Shown in pieces: positions 55,928 to 64,000 of a DNA stretch of 64,000 nucleotides (its first letter is position 1; each line of letters begins with the position of its first letter). Location: NCBI GenBank assembly GCA_030697375.1, contig JAUYQD010000071.1, positions 27,088 to 91,087 of the forward strand, given 5' to 3'. This DNA is from Rhodoferax sp. Its GTDB lineage: Bacteria > Pseudomonadota > Gammaproteobacteria > Burkholderiales > Burkholderiaceae_C. Both the position numbers and the translations under genes were made by a program. The notes beneath the pieces are model-generated. The model was not told the origin of the DNA, searched no databases, and saw only the letters and a list, made by a program, of their open reading frames with translations.

Positions 55928-56983
55928 TTATATGGAATGCAATGGCCAGCGCGGCTTGACGTCAAAGGCGTAGCTGGTGCTGGCCTCTTGCAAGCCGCTT
56001 TGCAGGCGCATGGCCGCAGCCATGGCGATCATGGCGCCGTTGTCGGTGCACAAATGCAGCTCGGGGTAATGCACCCGCACCCGGCGCTTGGCGCACTCGG
56101 CGTTGAGTTGTTCGCGCAAATTGCGGTTGGCTCCCACGCCGCCCGCGACCACCAGACGGCTCAAACCCGTCTGCTTCAAGGCGGTCAGCGACTTCTTCAC
56201 CAGCACCTCCACAATGGCCGCCTGGGTGGAGGCCGCCAGGTCGCGGTGGGCCTGCTCGGGCAAATCCTCAAACCGGGCCGCTCCGGCCGCCGCCACCATT
56301 TTTTGCGATTGCACCAGCACCGCCGTTTTCAGGCCCGCAAAGGAAAAATCCAAATTGCCGCTGTGTAACAGCGGGCGTGGCAAAGCGTAGGCCTTGGGGT
56401 TGCCGGTGTCGCCCAGCCGGGCCAGTGCCGGGCCGCCGGGATAGGCCAGGCCCATGAGCTTGGCCGACTTGTCAAAGGCCTCGCCCGCCGCATCGTCAAT
56501 CGATTCACCCAGCAGTTCGTAGCGCCCTACCCCGTCCACCCGCATCAACTGGGTGTGCCCACCCGACACCAGCAGCGCCACAAACGGAAATTCCGGCGGG
56601 TCTTCACTCAAAAACGGCGAGAGCAAATGCCCTTCCAAGTGGTGCACCCCCAGCACCGGTTTGCCCAAAGCCGCCGCCAGCGCGCAGGCCACGCCCGCCC
56701 CCACCAACAAGGCACCGGCCAAGCCCGGGCCCCGGGTAAAGGCCACCACATCGACCTCGGCCAGGCTGCGCCCGGCGCCAATCAGCACCTCTTGGGTGAG
56801 CGGCAGCACCCGGCGAATATGGTCGCGGCTGGCCAACTCGGGCACCACCCCGCCATAGGCCTGGTGCATCTCGATCTGGCTGTACAGCGCATGCGCCAAA
56901 AGCTCGGGCACCCCCTGGCTGCGCGTTTGCACCATGGCCACACCTGTTTCGTCACAGGACGATTCAAACCCCAAAACCAACAT
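55928..56983 (-). CDS. tsaD: tRNA N6-threonylcarbamoyltransferase TsaD
   Basis: [29 protein letters not shown] and CTDNGAMIA. Confidence 0.98.
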   Translation of the reverse strand: MLVLGFESSCDETGVAMVQTRSQGVPELLAHALYSQIEMHQAYGGVVPELASRDHIRRVLPLTQEVLIGAGRSLAEVDVVAFTRGPGLAGALLVGAGVACALAAALGKPVLGVHHLEGHLLSPFLSEDPPEFPFVALLVSGGHTQLMRVDGVGRYELLGESIDDAAGEAFDKSAKLMGLAYPGGPALARLGDTGNPKAYALPRPLLHSGNLDFSFAGLKTAVLVQSQKMVAAAGAARFEDLPEQAHRDLAASTQAAIVEVLVKKSLTALKQTGLSRLVVAGGVGANRNLREQLNAECAKRRVRVHYPELHLCTDNGAMIAMAAAMRLQSGLQEASTSYAFDVKPRWPLHSI

Positions 56984-57117
56984 GTTTTTTTCCTGAAAAT
57001 GGCGGAACGGACCGCAGCCGGCAAAGCAAACCCGCGCTGTCCCCGCAGTTGACCGCGAGTTTAGAGGAAGCAGCAGGTGCTGTGTGTAGGCACAATCCGT
57101 CGTAACCACCCTGCCCC

Positions 57118-57897
57118 ATGCCAAACACCCCTACCCCACTCGCCGACGGCGACATCGAAACCCTGGAACGCGCCACCCTGGATGCCGTGGCGCCCCCGGC
57201 CGTGGAAGAGATCGACGGCTGGTTGCTGCCTTTTGACGACTCCACCATAGGCCGTGCCAAAAGTGCGGTTCCACTGCGGCACGACCACCGGCACCACGGG
57301 GCAGAAGCGGCCATGATTGAAACCATGGAGGCGCGTTACGCGGCGCACGGCTTGTCGCCCGCCTTTCGCGTGGCCGATGTGCCAGGCCTGGCCTTGGTGC
57401 ATGCCGCGCTGGCACGCCGGGGCTACCAGGCGCAACAACCCACTTTGGTGCAAACCGGCACCACTTTGCGCCTGCGCCAGGCCTGCCACGACACCCCAGC
57501 CCCTGTCAGCAACAGCCCCCATGCGGCCTGGTCTGGCGTCTACCTGGCCGAAGGCTTCGACCCGGTGGATGGCGCCCACCGGGTGCAGGCGCTGAGCCGC
57601 AGCCCGCATGTGGTCTACGCCAGCGTGGTGGAAGCAGGCCTGCCCGTGGCCGCCGGCACCGCTGCCTTCAGCCAGGGCTGGGCCAGCGTGCACGGCATGC
57701 GCACGGTGCAGAGCGGGCGCGGGCGGGGTCTGGCCGGTCGCGTATTGGCCGGGCTGGCCGACGCGGCACTGGCCCGTGGGCTGGAGCGCGTTTTTTTGCA
57801 AGTCGAAGAAGGCAACACCGCCGCTTTGGCGCTGTACCAGCGGGTGGGTTTTGCCACCGCCTGGCGCTACCACTACTGGCGTCGCCCCACGGACTAA
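57118..57897 (+). CDS. GNAT-family acetyltransferase
   Basis: C-terminal motif A ([10 protein letters not shown]) and motif B ([13 protein letters not shown]). Confidence 0.88.
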   Translation: MPNTPTPLADGDIETLERATLDAVAPPAVEEIDGWLLPFDDSTIGRAKSAVPLRHDHRHHGAEAAMIETMEARYAAHGLSPAFRVADVPGLALVHAALARRGYQAQQPTLVQTGTTLRLRQACHDTPAPVSNSPHAAWSGVYLAEGFDPVDGAHRVQALSRSPHVVYASVVEAGLPVAAGTAAFSQGWASVHGMRTVQSGRGRGLAGRVLAGLADAALARGLERVFLQVEEGNTAALALYQRVGFATAWRYHYWRRPTD

Positions 57898-57927
57898 CTA
57901 TGGCGCGCTTCTTGCATAGACCACACC

Positions 57928-58575
57928 ATGTCTGACGCCCTTCGCATTGTTGTCATTTCCCCCGATCTGGATGTCTGCGATCCTGAGGACACCCACGCCT
58001 TCAACCAAGCCGAGCGTTCGCGCAGCCTGCGCATCTGCCTGCTGGAGAATGGCTTCAACCTGATTGCCGTGCTGCCCGCCGACGTTTTCTTGCAAGAACG
58101 CCTGCGCCAGTTGCAGCCCGACCTGATCATTGTGGACGCCGAAAGCGAGGCACGTGACGCACTGGAGCATGTGGTGATGGCCACCCGCGACGAGCGCCGC
58201 CCGATTGTCATGTTCACCAACGACAGCGACGCCTCCAACGCCCGTGCTGCCGTGGCGGCCGGGGTGTCGGCCTACATCGTGGCAGGGCTGTCCAGCGAAC
58301 GCATACGCCCCATTTTGGACGTGGCCATGGCCCGCTTCCAGCATGAACAGCAACTGCGCCAGGAACTGGCCGCCACCCGCAGCGAACTGCACGAGCTCAG
58401 CACCGAACTCAAGGACCGCAAAGTCATTGACCGCGCCAAAGGCCTGCTCATGCAGCGCCAGCAGCTCAGCGAAGAAGCCGCCTACGCCAAACTGCGCAAA
58501 ACCGCCATGGACAAAAACCTCAAGCTGGTGGATGTGGCCCAGCGCATGCTGGATGTGGTGGACCTGCTGGGCTGA
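57928..58575 (+). CDS. nasT: ANTAR-domain antiterminator with receiver-like domain (NasT type)
   Basis: RPIVMFT, GVSAYIV and the ANTAR segment DRKVIDRAKGLLM...EEAAYAKLRKTAM. Confidence 0.85.
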   Translation: MSDALRIVVISPDLDVCDPEDTHAFNQAERSRSLRICLLENGFNLIAVLPADVFLQERLRQLQPDLIIVDAESEARDALEHVVMATRDERRPIVMFTNDSDASNARAAVAAGVSAYIVAGLSSERIRPILDVAMARFQHEQQLRQELAATRSELHELSTELKDRKVIDRAKGLLMQRQQLSEEAAYAKLRKTAMDKNLKLVDVAQRMLDVVDLLG

Positions 58576-58581
58576 TCTGGT

Positions 58582-59232
58582 CTACGGGCTCGGCGGCAGC
58601 GGCGGGCCCAGCCCCAATCCGGTGAGGTAGGCGGCCATGGCCACTTCGGCCGTTTTCACCAAATCAAACACCTCGGGCGCCAGCAGCCAACTCTGAATCA
58701 GGCCGGACACCAGCGCATGCAATCCGTGTGAGACCTCCGTAGGGGATGCCATGGGTGGTAGCCCCCGGCGGGCACAAGCGTCCTGCAAGGCAAATTGCAT
58801 CTGGCACACCACATCGGCATGGCTTTGCACCTGGCGCGCCTTGACGGCCAACAGCTCGTCCACATACTCCACTTTGTGGGTGGCCACGTCGAACACCCGG
58901 CGGGTGCGTTCATCGGAGGCAATTTTGCGCATCGCGTCCAAAATTGCGTCCAGCAGTCCACTCAAAACATCCCGCCCGCTGTCTCCGCCACTTTGGCGTC
59001 CGCTTTGGTGCAAGGCCTCTTCCATGGGCAGCGTGATGCGCTCCAGCATGGCATTGAACAGATCCGCCTTGTTCTTGAAGTGCCAGTAAATGGCCCCCCT
59101 GCTAGCCCCCGCCGCCTGGGCAATGTCATTGAGCGAAGTGCGTGACACCCCTTTTTCGGCAAACACCCGCTCCGCCGCATCCAGCAATCGGTGGCGGGTG
59201 GCAAGAGCGTCTTCTTTGGTTCGGCGGGCCAT
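58582..59232 (-). CDS. acrR: TetR-family repressor (AcrR/TtgR type)
   Basis: MARRTKEDALATRHRLLDAA...SRGAIYWHFKNKADL; divergent from the RND operon. Confidence 0.88.
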   Translation of the reverse strand: MARRTKEDALATRHRLLDAAERVFAEKGVSRTSLNDIAQAAGASRGAIYWHFKNKADLFNAMLERITLPMEEALHQSGRQSGGDSGRDVLSGLLDAILDAMRKIASDERTRRVFDVATHKVEYVDELLAVKARQVQSHADVVCQMQFALQDACARRGLPPMASPTEVSHGLHALVSGLIQSWLLAPEVFDLVKTAEVAMAAYLTGLGLGPPLPPSP

Positions 59233-59276
59233 GGCTGGCATCTTTCAAAAAACAATGGGCGGTGAAGGGTATTCTT

Positions 59277-59297
59277 ATACATTCATCAATGTATGTA
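59277..59297. promoter_or_regulatory. Candidate AcrR-type operator
   Basis: ATACATT-CATC-AATGTAT perfect inverted repeat extending to AATGTATGTA, similar to the E. coli AcrR site TACATACATT..AATGTATGTA. Confidence 0.75.
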
Positions 59298-59368
59298 TAC
59301 TCAAAAATCAAATTTTGAATCTGCACTGCAGGCACGTGTTGGCGTGTCTTTCATTCTGGAACCCCACC

Positions 59369-60652
59369 ATGCCCGTACCCAGCGCTCGGCTTCCCATGGC
59401 CACCACACCCGTCCAGCCATCCTCCCCACACCGGGGCCTGATTTGGAGCGCCCTGGGTCTGACCACCCTGCTGGCAGCCTGCGGGCAAAGCAGCACCGCA
59501 CTCGCCCCACCGGCAGGCGGCATGCCGCCCCCCGCCGAGGTGGGCGTAGTCACCGTCACCCCGGGCGATGTGGGCCTGGTGACCGAGTTGCCGGGTCGGC
59601 TGGAAGCCTCCCGCGTGGCCCAGGTGCGTGCGCGCGCAGCGGGTATTTTGCAAAAACGCCTGTTCACCGAAGGCAGTGAAGTCCGGGCTGGACAGCCCTT
59701 GTTCGAGATTGACGCCAGCCCCTACCAGGCCACCTTGGCCAGTGCCCAGGCCAGCCTGGCCAAAGCCGAAGCCAACCTGATGCAAGCCAGTGCACAAGCC
59801 GAGCGGTACAAACCCCTGGCCGAGGCCAAGGCCATCAGCCAACAGGAATTCGTGGCCGCACAAGCGGCCCAGAAACAAGCCGAAGCCGATGTCGCGGTTG
59901 GCAAAGCCGCGGTGCAAACGGCCCGTATCAATGTGGGTTATGCCTTTGTGACCGCGCCCATTTCCGGACGCATCGGCCGCGCGCTGGTGACCGAAGGGGC
60001 CTTGGTCGGCCAGGGTGAAGCCACCCAGCTGGCGGTGGTCCAGCAAATCAGCCCGATGTTTGTCAACTTCACCCAGTCCGCTGCGGATGTCATGAAACTG
60101 CGCCACGCCATGGACAGCGGCAAGCTCAAGCGGGCCGGTGGCGGGCAGGCCGCCAGCGTGCGTGTGGTGCTGGAAGACGGAACCGAATATGCCCGCCCCG
60201 GCAAGCTGCTGTTTTCTGACCTGACGGTGGACGCCACCACCGGACAGATCACCCTGCGCGCCGAAGTGCCCAACCCCGACGGCACCCTGCTGCCCGGTCT
60301 GTACGTGCGTGTGCGCCTGGAACAGGCCCAGGCCGGCAATGCCATCACCTTGCCGCAGCAAGCCGTCACCCGATCGCCACAAGGTGACTCGGTGATGGTG
60401 GTGGGAACCGACGGCAAGGTCAAACCACGCCCGGTAAAAATTGGCGGTCAACAAGGCAACCAGTGGGTCATTCTGGACGGCTTGCAGCCAGGTGAACAGG
60501 TCATGGTGGACGGCTTCCAGAAGCTGCGCGGTGACGCACCGGTCAAACCCGTGCCATGGCAGGCTGAAGGCAAAAAGCCAGCGGACACCAGCAGCAACAA
60601 GGGTGCCGCGGCACCGGCCCCCGCCGCTGCGGCCTCTGGCGCCAGCCGCTAA
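59369..60652 (+). CDS. acrA: RND periplasmic adaptor (AcrA/MexA type)
   Basis: Lipobox LAAC, RVAQVRARAAG, APISGRIG and VDATTG; start 59369 or 59396. Confidence 0.92.
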   Translation: MPVPSARLPMATTPVQPSSPHRGLIWSALGLTTLLAACGQSSTALAPPAGGMPPPAEVGVVTVTPGDVGLVTELPGRLEASRVAQVRARAAGILQKRLFTEGSEVRAGQPLFEIDASPYQATLASAQASLAKAEANLMQASAQAERYKPLAEAKAISQQEFVAAQAAQKQAEADVAVGKAAVQTARINVGYAFVTAPISGRIGRALVTEGALVGQGEATQLAVVQQISPMFVNFTQSAADVMKLRHAMDSGKLKRAGGGQAASVRVVLEDGTEYARPGKLLFSDLTVDATTGQITLRAEVPNPDGTLLPGLYVRVRLEQAQAGNAITLPQQAVTRSPQGDSVMVVGTDGKVKPRPVKIGGQQGNQWVILDGLQPGEQVMVDGFQKLRGDAPVKPVPWQAEGKKPADTSSNKGAAAPAPAAAASGASR

Positions 60653-60666
60653 GAAGACGCTCCACC

Positions 60667-63600
60667 ATGGCAAAATTTTTTATTGACCGGCCCATCTTTG
60701 CGTGGGTGATTGCACTGTTCATCATGGTGATGGGCGCGGTGTCCATCACCCAGCTGCCCGTTAACCAGTACCCGCCGGTGGCTCCGCCCGCGATTGTGGT
60801 CTCGGCGGCCTACCCCGGCGCCTCGGCACAAACGCTGGAAAACAGTGTGCTGGCGGTGATTGAGCGCGAGATGAATGGCGCACCAGGCCTGATTTACATG
60901 GAATCCGTGGCACAGGCCAATGGCACCGGCAACATTACCCTGAGTTTCCAGCCCGGCACCAACGCCGAGTTGGCCCAGGTGGATGTGCAAAACCGCCTGG
61001 CACGCGCCACACCGCGCCTGCCTGCGGCCGTGACGCAACAAGGCGTGCGGGTGGACAAATCGCGCTCCAACTTCCTGCTATTCACCATCCTGACCTCGGA
61101 CGACCCGGCCTGGGACCCGGTGGCGCTGGGTGACTACGCCTCGCGCAGTGTGCTGCCCGAGATCCAGCGCGTCCCCGGTGTGGGCCAAGCCCAGCTGTTT
61201 GGCACCGAACGCGCCATGCGCATCTGGATTGATCCGGCCAAGTTGCAGAGCTTCAACCTGTCTGCCAACGATGTCACCAACGCCATCCGCGGACAAAACG
61301 CCCAAGTGTCGGCCGGCGAAATTGGCAGCCTGCCCAATGTGGCCGGCCAGGGCATAGCCGCCACCGTCATTGTGGACGGCCAAGTTTCCAGCGCCGAACA
61401 ATTCGGCAAACTGGTGCTGCGTGCCAACGCCGACGGCTCCACCGTGCGCCTGAAAGACGTGGCGCGCATCGAACTGGGTGCCCAGGCCTACGCCACCTCG
61501 GCCCGCCTGAACGGCAAGCCATCCACCGGCATTGGCGTACAGCTCTCGCCTACGGGCAATGCCATGGCCACGGCCAAGGCGGTACGCGACAAGATGACCG
61601 AGCTGCAGGCCTTTTTCCCCAAAGGCATGAGCTGGACCATTCCCTACGACAGCTCGCGCTTTGTGGATATTTCCATCCGCCAGGTGACAGAAACACTCAT
61701 CGAAGCTGTGGTGCTGGTGTTCCTGGTGATGTTCCTGTTCCTGCAGAACTGGCGCTACACCGTCATTCCGACCATTGTGGTTCCGGTAGCCCTGCTGGGC
61801 ACCTTCGCCACGCTGCTGGCCATGGGTTTTTCGATCAACGTGCTGACCATGTTCGGCATGGTGCTGGTGATCGGTATCGTGGTGGACGACGCCATTGTGG
61901 TGGTGGAAAACGTCGAGCGCATCATGAGCGAAGAAGGCTTGTCGCCACTGGACGCCACGCGCAAGGCCATGGGTCAAATTTCAGGCGCCATCGTCGGTGT
62001 CACCGTGGTGCTGATCTCGGTGTTTGTGCCGCTGGCCTTTTTCAGCGGTGCGGTGGGCAACATCTACCGCCAGTTTGCGGCCGTCATGGGCGTGTCCATT
62101 GCGTTCTCGGCCTTCCTGGCGCTGTCGCTGACCCCAGCCCTGTGCGCCACCCTGCTCAAGCCGGTGGAAGCCGGGCACCACCATGCCAAGACCGGTTTCT
62201 TTGGCTGGTTTAACCGGGGCTTTGCCCGCACCGCCAAGGGTTATGAAAGCGGTGTGGCCCGCCTGCTGCCCAAAGCGGCGCGCTACCTGCTGATCTACCT
62301 GGCCATCGTGGGTGCAGCCGCCGTGGTCTACATGCGTTTGCCCACCTCCTTCCTGCCCAACGAAGACCAGGGCACCATCCTGGTGAACGTGCAGCTGCCC
62401 CCCGGTGCAACGCAGGAGCGCACCAGCGCTGTCATGTCCCAGGTGGAAAGCTTCCTGCTCAAACAACCCGAAGTGAAAAACGTGGTGGGCATTTTGGGCT
62501 TCAGCTTCTCGGGCCAGGGCCAAAACGCGGCGCTGGCGTTTGTCTCGCTAAAGGACTGGGCCGAACGCGTGGGCCCGGCCAGCTCCGCACAGGGCGTGGC
62601 AGGCCGTGCCTTTGGCGCCCTGGCGGGCGTGCGCGACGCCTTTATCTACCCCTTGAGCCCGCCCCCCATTCCTGAGCTGGGCTCGGCTTCGGGCTTCAAC
62701 TTCCGCCTGCAGGACCGCGCGGGCCTGGGGCACGACGCCCTGCTGGCGGCCCGCAACCAGTTGCTGGGCATGGCCTCCAAGAGCAAGGTACTTGCCCAGG
62801 TGCGCCCCGATGGCCTGGAAGACGCGCCGCAACTGCAGCTCGACATCGACCGCGACAAGGCCCAGGCGCTGGGCGTCGGGTTTGAGGCCATCAACAGTGC
62901 GGTCTCCACCGCCCTGGGTTCTGCCTATGCCAACGACTTCCCCAACGCCGGGCGCTTGCAGCGCGTGGTGGTGCAGGCCGATGCACCGGCACGGATGCAG
63001 CCGGACGACATTCTCAAACTCGGCGTGCTCAACACCCGTGGCCAGACCGTGCCGCTGTCGGCCTTTGCCAGCACCCGCTGGGTGAGCGGCGCCATGCAGA
63101 CCGTTCGCTACAACGGCTACTCCGCCATGCGTCTGGGCGGCAGCGCCGCACCCGGCTTCAGCACGGGTGACGCCATGGCCGAGATGGAGCGTCTGGCCGC
63201 CCAGCTGCCACAGGGCTTCGGTTTTGAGTGGACGGGTATCTCGCGGGAAGAAAAACTGGCGGGCGCACAGTCGGCCATCCTCTACACCTTTGCCATTTTG
63301 TCGGTCTTTCTCTGCCTGGCCGCGCTGTACGAAAGCTGGACCATTCCGCTGGCCGTGATTCTGGTGGTGCCGCTGGGGGTGCTGGGCGTGCTGCTGGCCA
63401 CCCTGATGCGGGGTTACGCCAACGACGTGTATTTCCAGGTGGGCCTGATCACCATCATTGGCCTGTCCGCCAAGAATGCGATTTTGATCATCGAATTTGC
63501 CAAGGACCTGCAGGCGCAGGGCAAGGGCATTGTCGAATCGGCGCTGGCGGCAGCGCACCTGCGTTTTCGCCCGATTGTGATGACCTCCATGGCCTTCACC

Positions 63601-63822
63601 CTGGGGGTCTTGCCCCTGGCCCTGTCCTCCGGGGCCGGGTCTGCCAGCCAGCGCGCCATCGGTACCGGCGTGATTGGTGGCATCGTCACCGGCACGGCGC
63701 TGGCCGTGGTGTTTGTACCCATCTTTTTCGTGGTGGTGCGCACTTTGTTCAAGGACAGTGCGCGCCAACAGCAGGTGCATGCAGCCCAGGCTGCACACAT
63801 GGGAGTGCATGCAGATGACTAA
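60667..63822 (+). CDS. acrB: RND efflux permease (AcrB/MexB type)
   Basis: MAKFFIDRPIFAWV, VDDAIVVVENVER, KNAILIIEF and RFRPIVMTS. Confidence 0.96.
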   Translation: MAKFFIDRPIFAWVIALFIMVMGAVSITQLPVNQYPPVAPPAIVVSAAYPGASAQTLENSVLAVIEREMNGAPGLIYMESVAQANGTGNITLSFQPGTNAELAQVDVQNRLARATPRLPAAVTQQGVRVDKSRSNFLLFTILTSDDPAWDPVALGDYASRSVLPEIQRVPGVGQAQLFGTERAMRIWIDPAKLQSFNLSANDVTNAIRGQNAQVSAGEIGSLPNVAGQGIAATVIVDGQVSSAEQFGKLVLRANADGSTVRLKDVARIELGAQAYATSARLNGKPSTGIGVQLSPTGNAMATAKAVRDKMTELQAFFPKGMSWTIPYDSSRFVDISIRQVTETLIEAVVLVFLVMFLFLQNWRYTVIPTIVVPVALLGTFATLLAMGFSINVLTMFGMVLVIGIVVDDAIVVVENVERIMSEEGLSPLDATRKAMGQISGAIVGVTVVLISVFVPLAFFSGAVGNIYRQFAAVMGVSIAFSAFLALSLTPALCATLLKPVEAGHHHAKTGFFGWFNRGFARTAKGYESGVARLLPKAARYLLIYLAIVGAAAVVYMRLPTSFLPNEDQGTILVNVQLPPGATQERTSAVMSQVESFLLKQPEVKNVVGILGFSFSGQGQNAALAFVSLKDWAERVGPASSAQGVAGRAFGALAGVRDAFIYPLSPPPIPELGSASGFNFRLQDRAGLGHDALLAARNQLLGMASKSKVLAQVRPDGLEDAPQLQLDIDRDKAQALGVGFEAINSAVSTALGSAYANDFPNAGRLQRVVVQADAPARMQPDDILKLGVLNTRGQTVPLSAFASTRWVSGAMQTVRYNGYSAMRLGGSAAPGFSTGDAMAEMERLAAQLPQGFGFEWTGISREEKLAGAQSAILYTFAILSVFLCLAALYESWTIPLAVILVVPLGVLGVLLATLMRGYANDVYFQVGLITIIGLSAKNAILIIEFAKDLQAQGKGIVESALAAAHLRFRPIVMTSMAFTLGVLPLALSSGAGSASQRAIGTGVIGGIVTGTALAVVFVPIFFVVVRTLFKDSARQQQVHAAQAAHMGVHADD

Positions 63823-64000
63823 ATTTTCCCGCTCCGTTCTGGCGCTGGCGGCGACCGCCCTGCTGGGTGGCTGCTCCATGATTCCCACTTTCATGCGGCC
63901 TGCGGCGCCTGTGGCCGCGCAATGGCCTGCCACCTCCACCGAAACAGCCAGCAAGGCACCAGCCGCAGCCGCTGTCGCCGATGTGGCGTGGCAGGACTTT
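63815..64000 (+). CDS. oprM: Outer-membrane efflux lipoprotein (OprM/NodT type), 5' part, runs off the window
   Basis: Hand translation MTKFSRSVLALAATALLGGCSMIPTFMRPAAPVAAQWP...VAWQDF, with lipobox LGGC; overlaps the acrB stop. Confidence 0.85.
   Translation, partial: MTKFSRSVLALAATALLGGCSMIPTFMRPAAPVAAQWPATSTETASKAPAAAAVADVAWQDF

Noticed and set aside
57015-57065. GCAAAGCAAACCC resembling a c-di-GMP-I riboswitch
   Set aside because: The order of conserved elements and the GNRA/receptor pairing do not fit.

Overview
Chromosomal window from a betaproteobacterium of the Comamonadaceae (Rhodoferax-like; inferred from gene order and protein style). It is mostly core genes: carA-leuE-carB-greA; rpsB-tsf-pyrH-frr-cdsA-dxr-rseP-bamA-skp-lpxD-fabZ-lpxA-lpxB-rnhB-TrmH-family; miaA; a TPP-riboswitch thiamine ABC transporter; rpsO-pnp-quinone oxidoreductase-tpiA-secG-tRNA-Leu-nuoA..N; tsaD; and an AcrR/AcrAB/OprM-type efflux locus. 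An accessory stretch at 25-33 kb holds DUF2917/LysR, an MCP, a chalcone-isomerase-fold protein, a truncated SH3-like gene, Cds1, an MsbA-like ABC and two small proteins with a shared C-terminal motif. No transposase, integrase, prophage, CRISPR or rRNA was seen. The main unexplained signal is a dispersed, degenerate 42-bp DNA motif with invariant spacing (GCTAY-N7-RTAGC-TGCYYRCGCN-N10-GGGCT). I found at least nine copies by eye: six in frame inside protein-coding genes and three intergenic. uppS is missing from its usual slot between frr and cdsA. Two long blocks of core genes look AT-shifted and are bracketed by motif copies. All calls were made by eye without tools. Several starts were moved from the ORF track to the likelier ATG/GTG.
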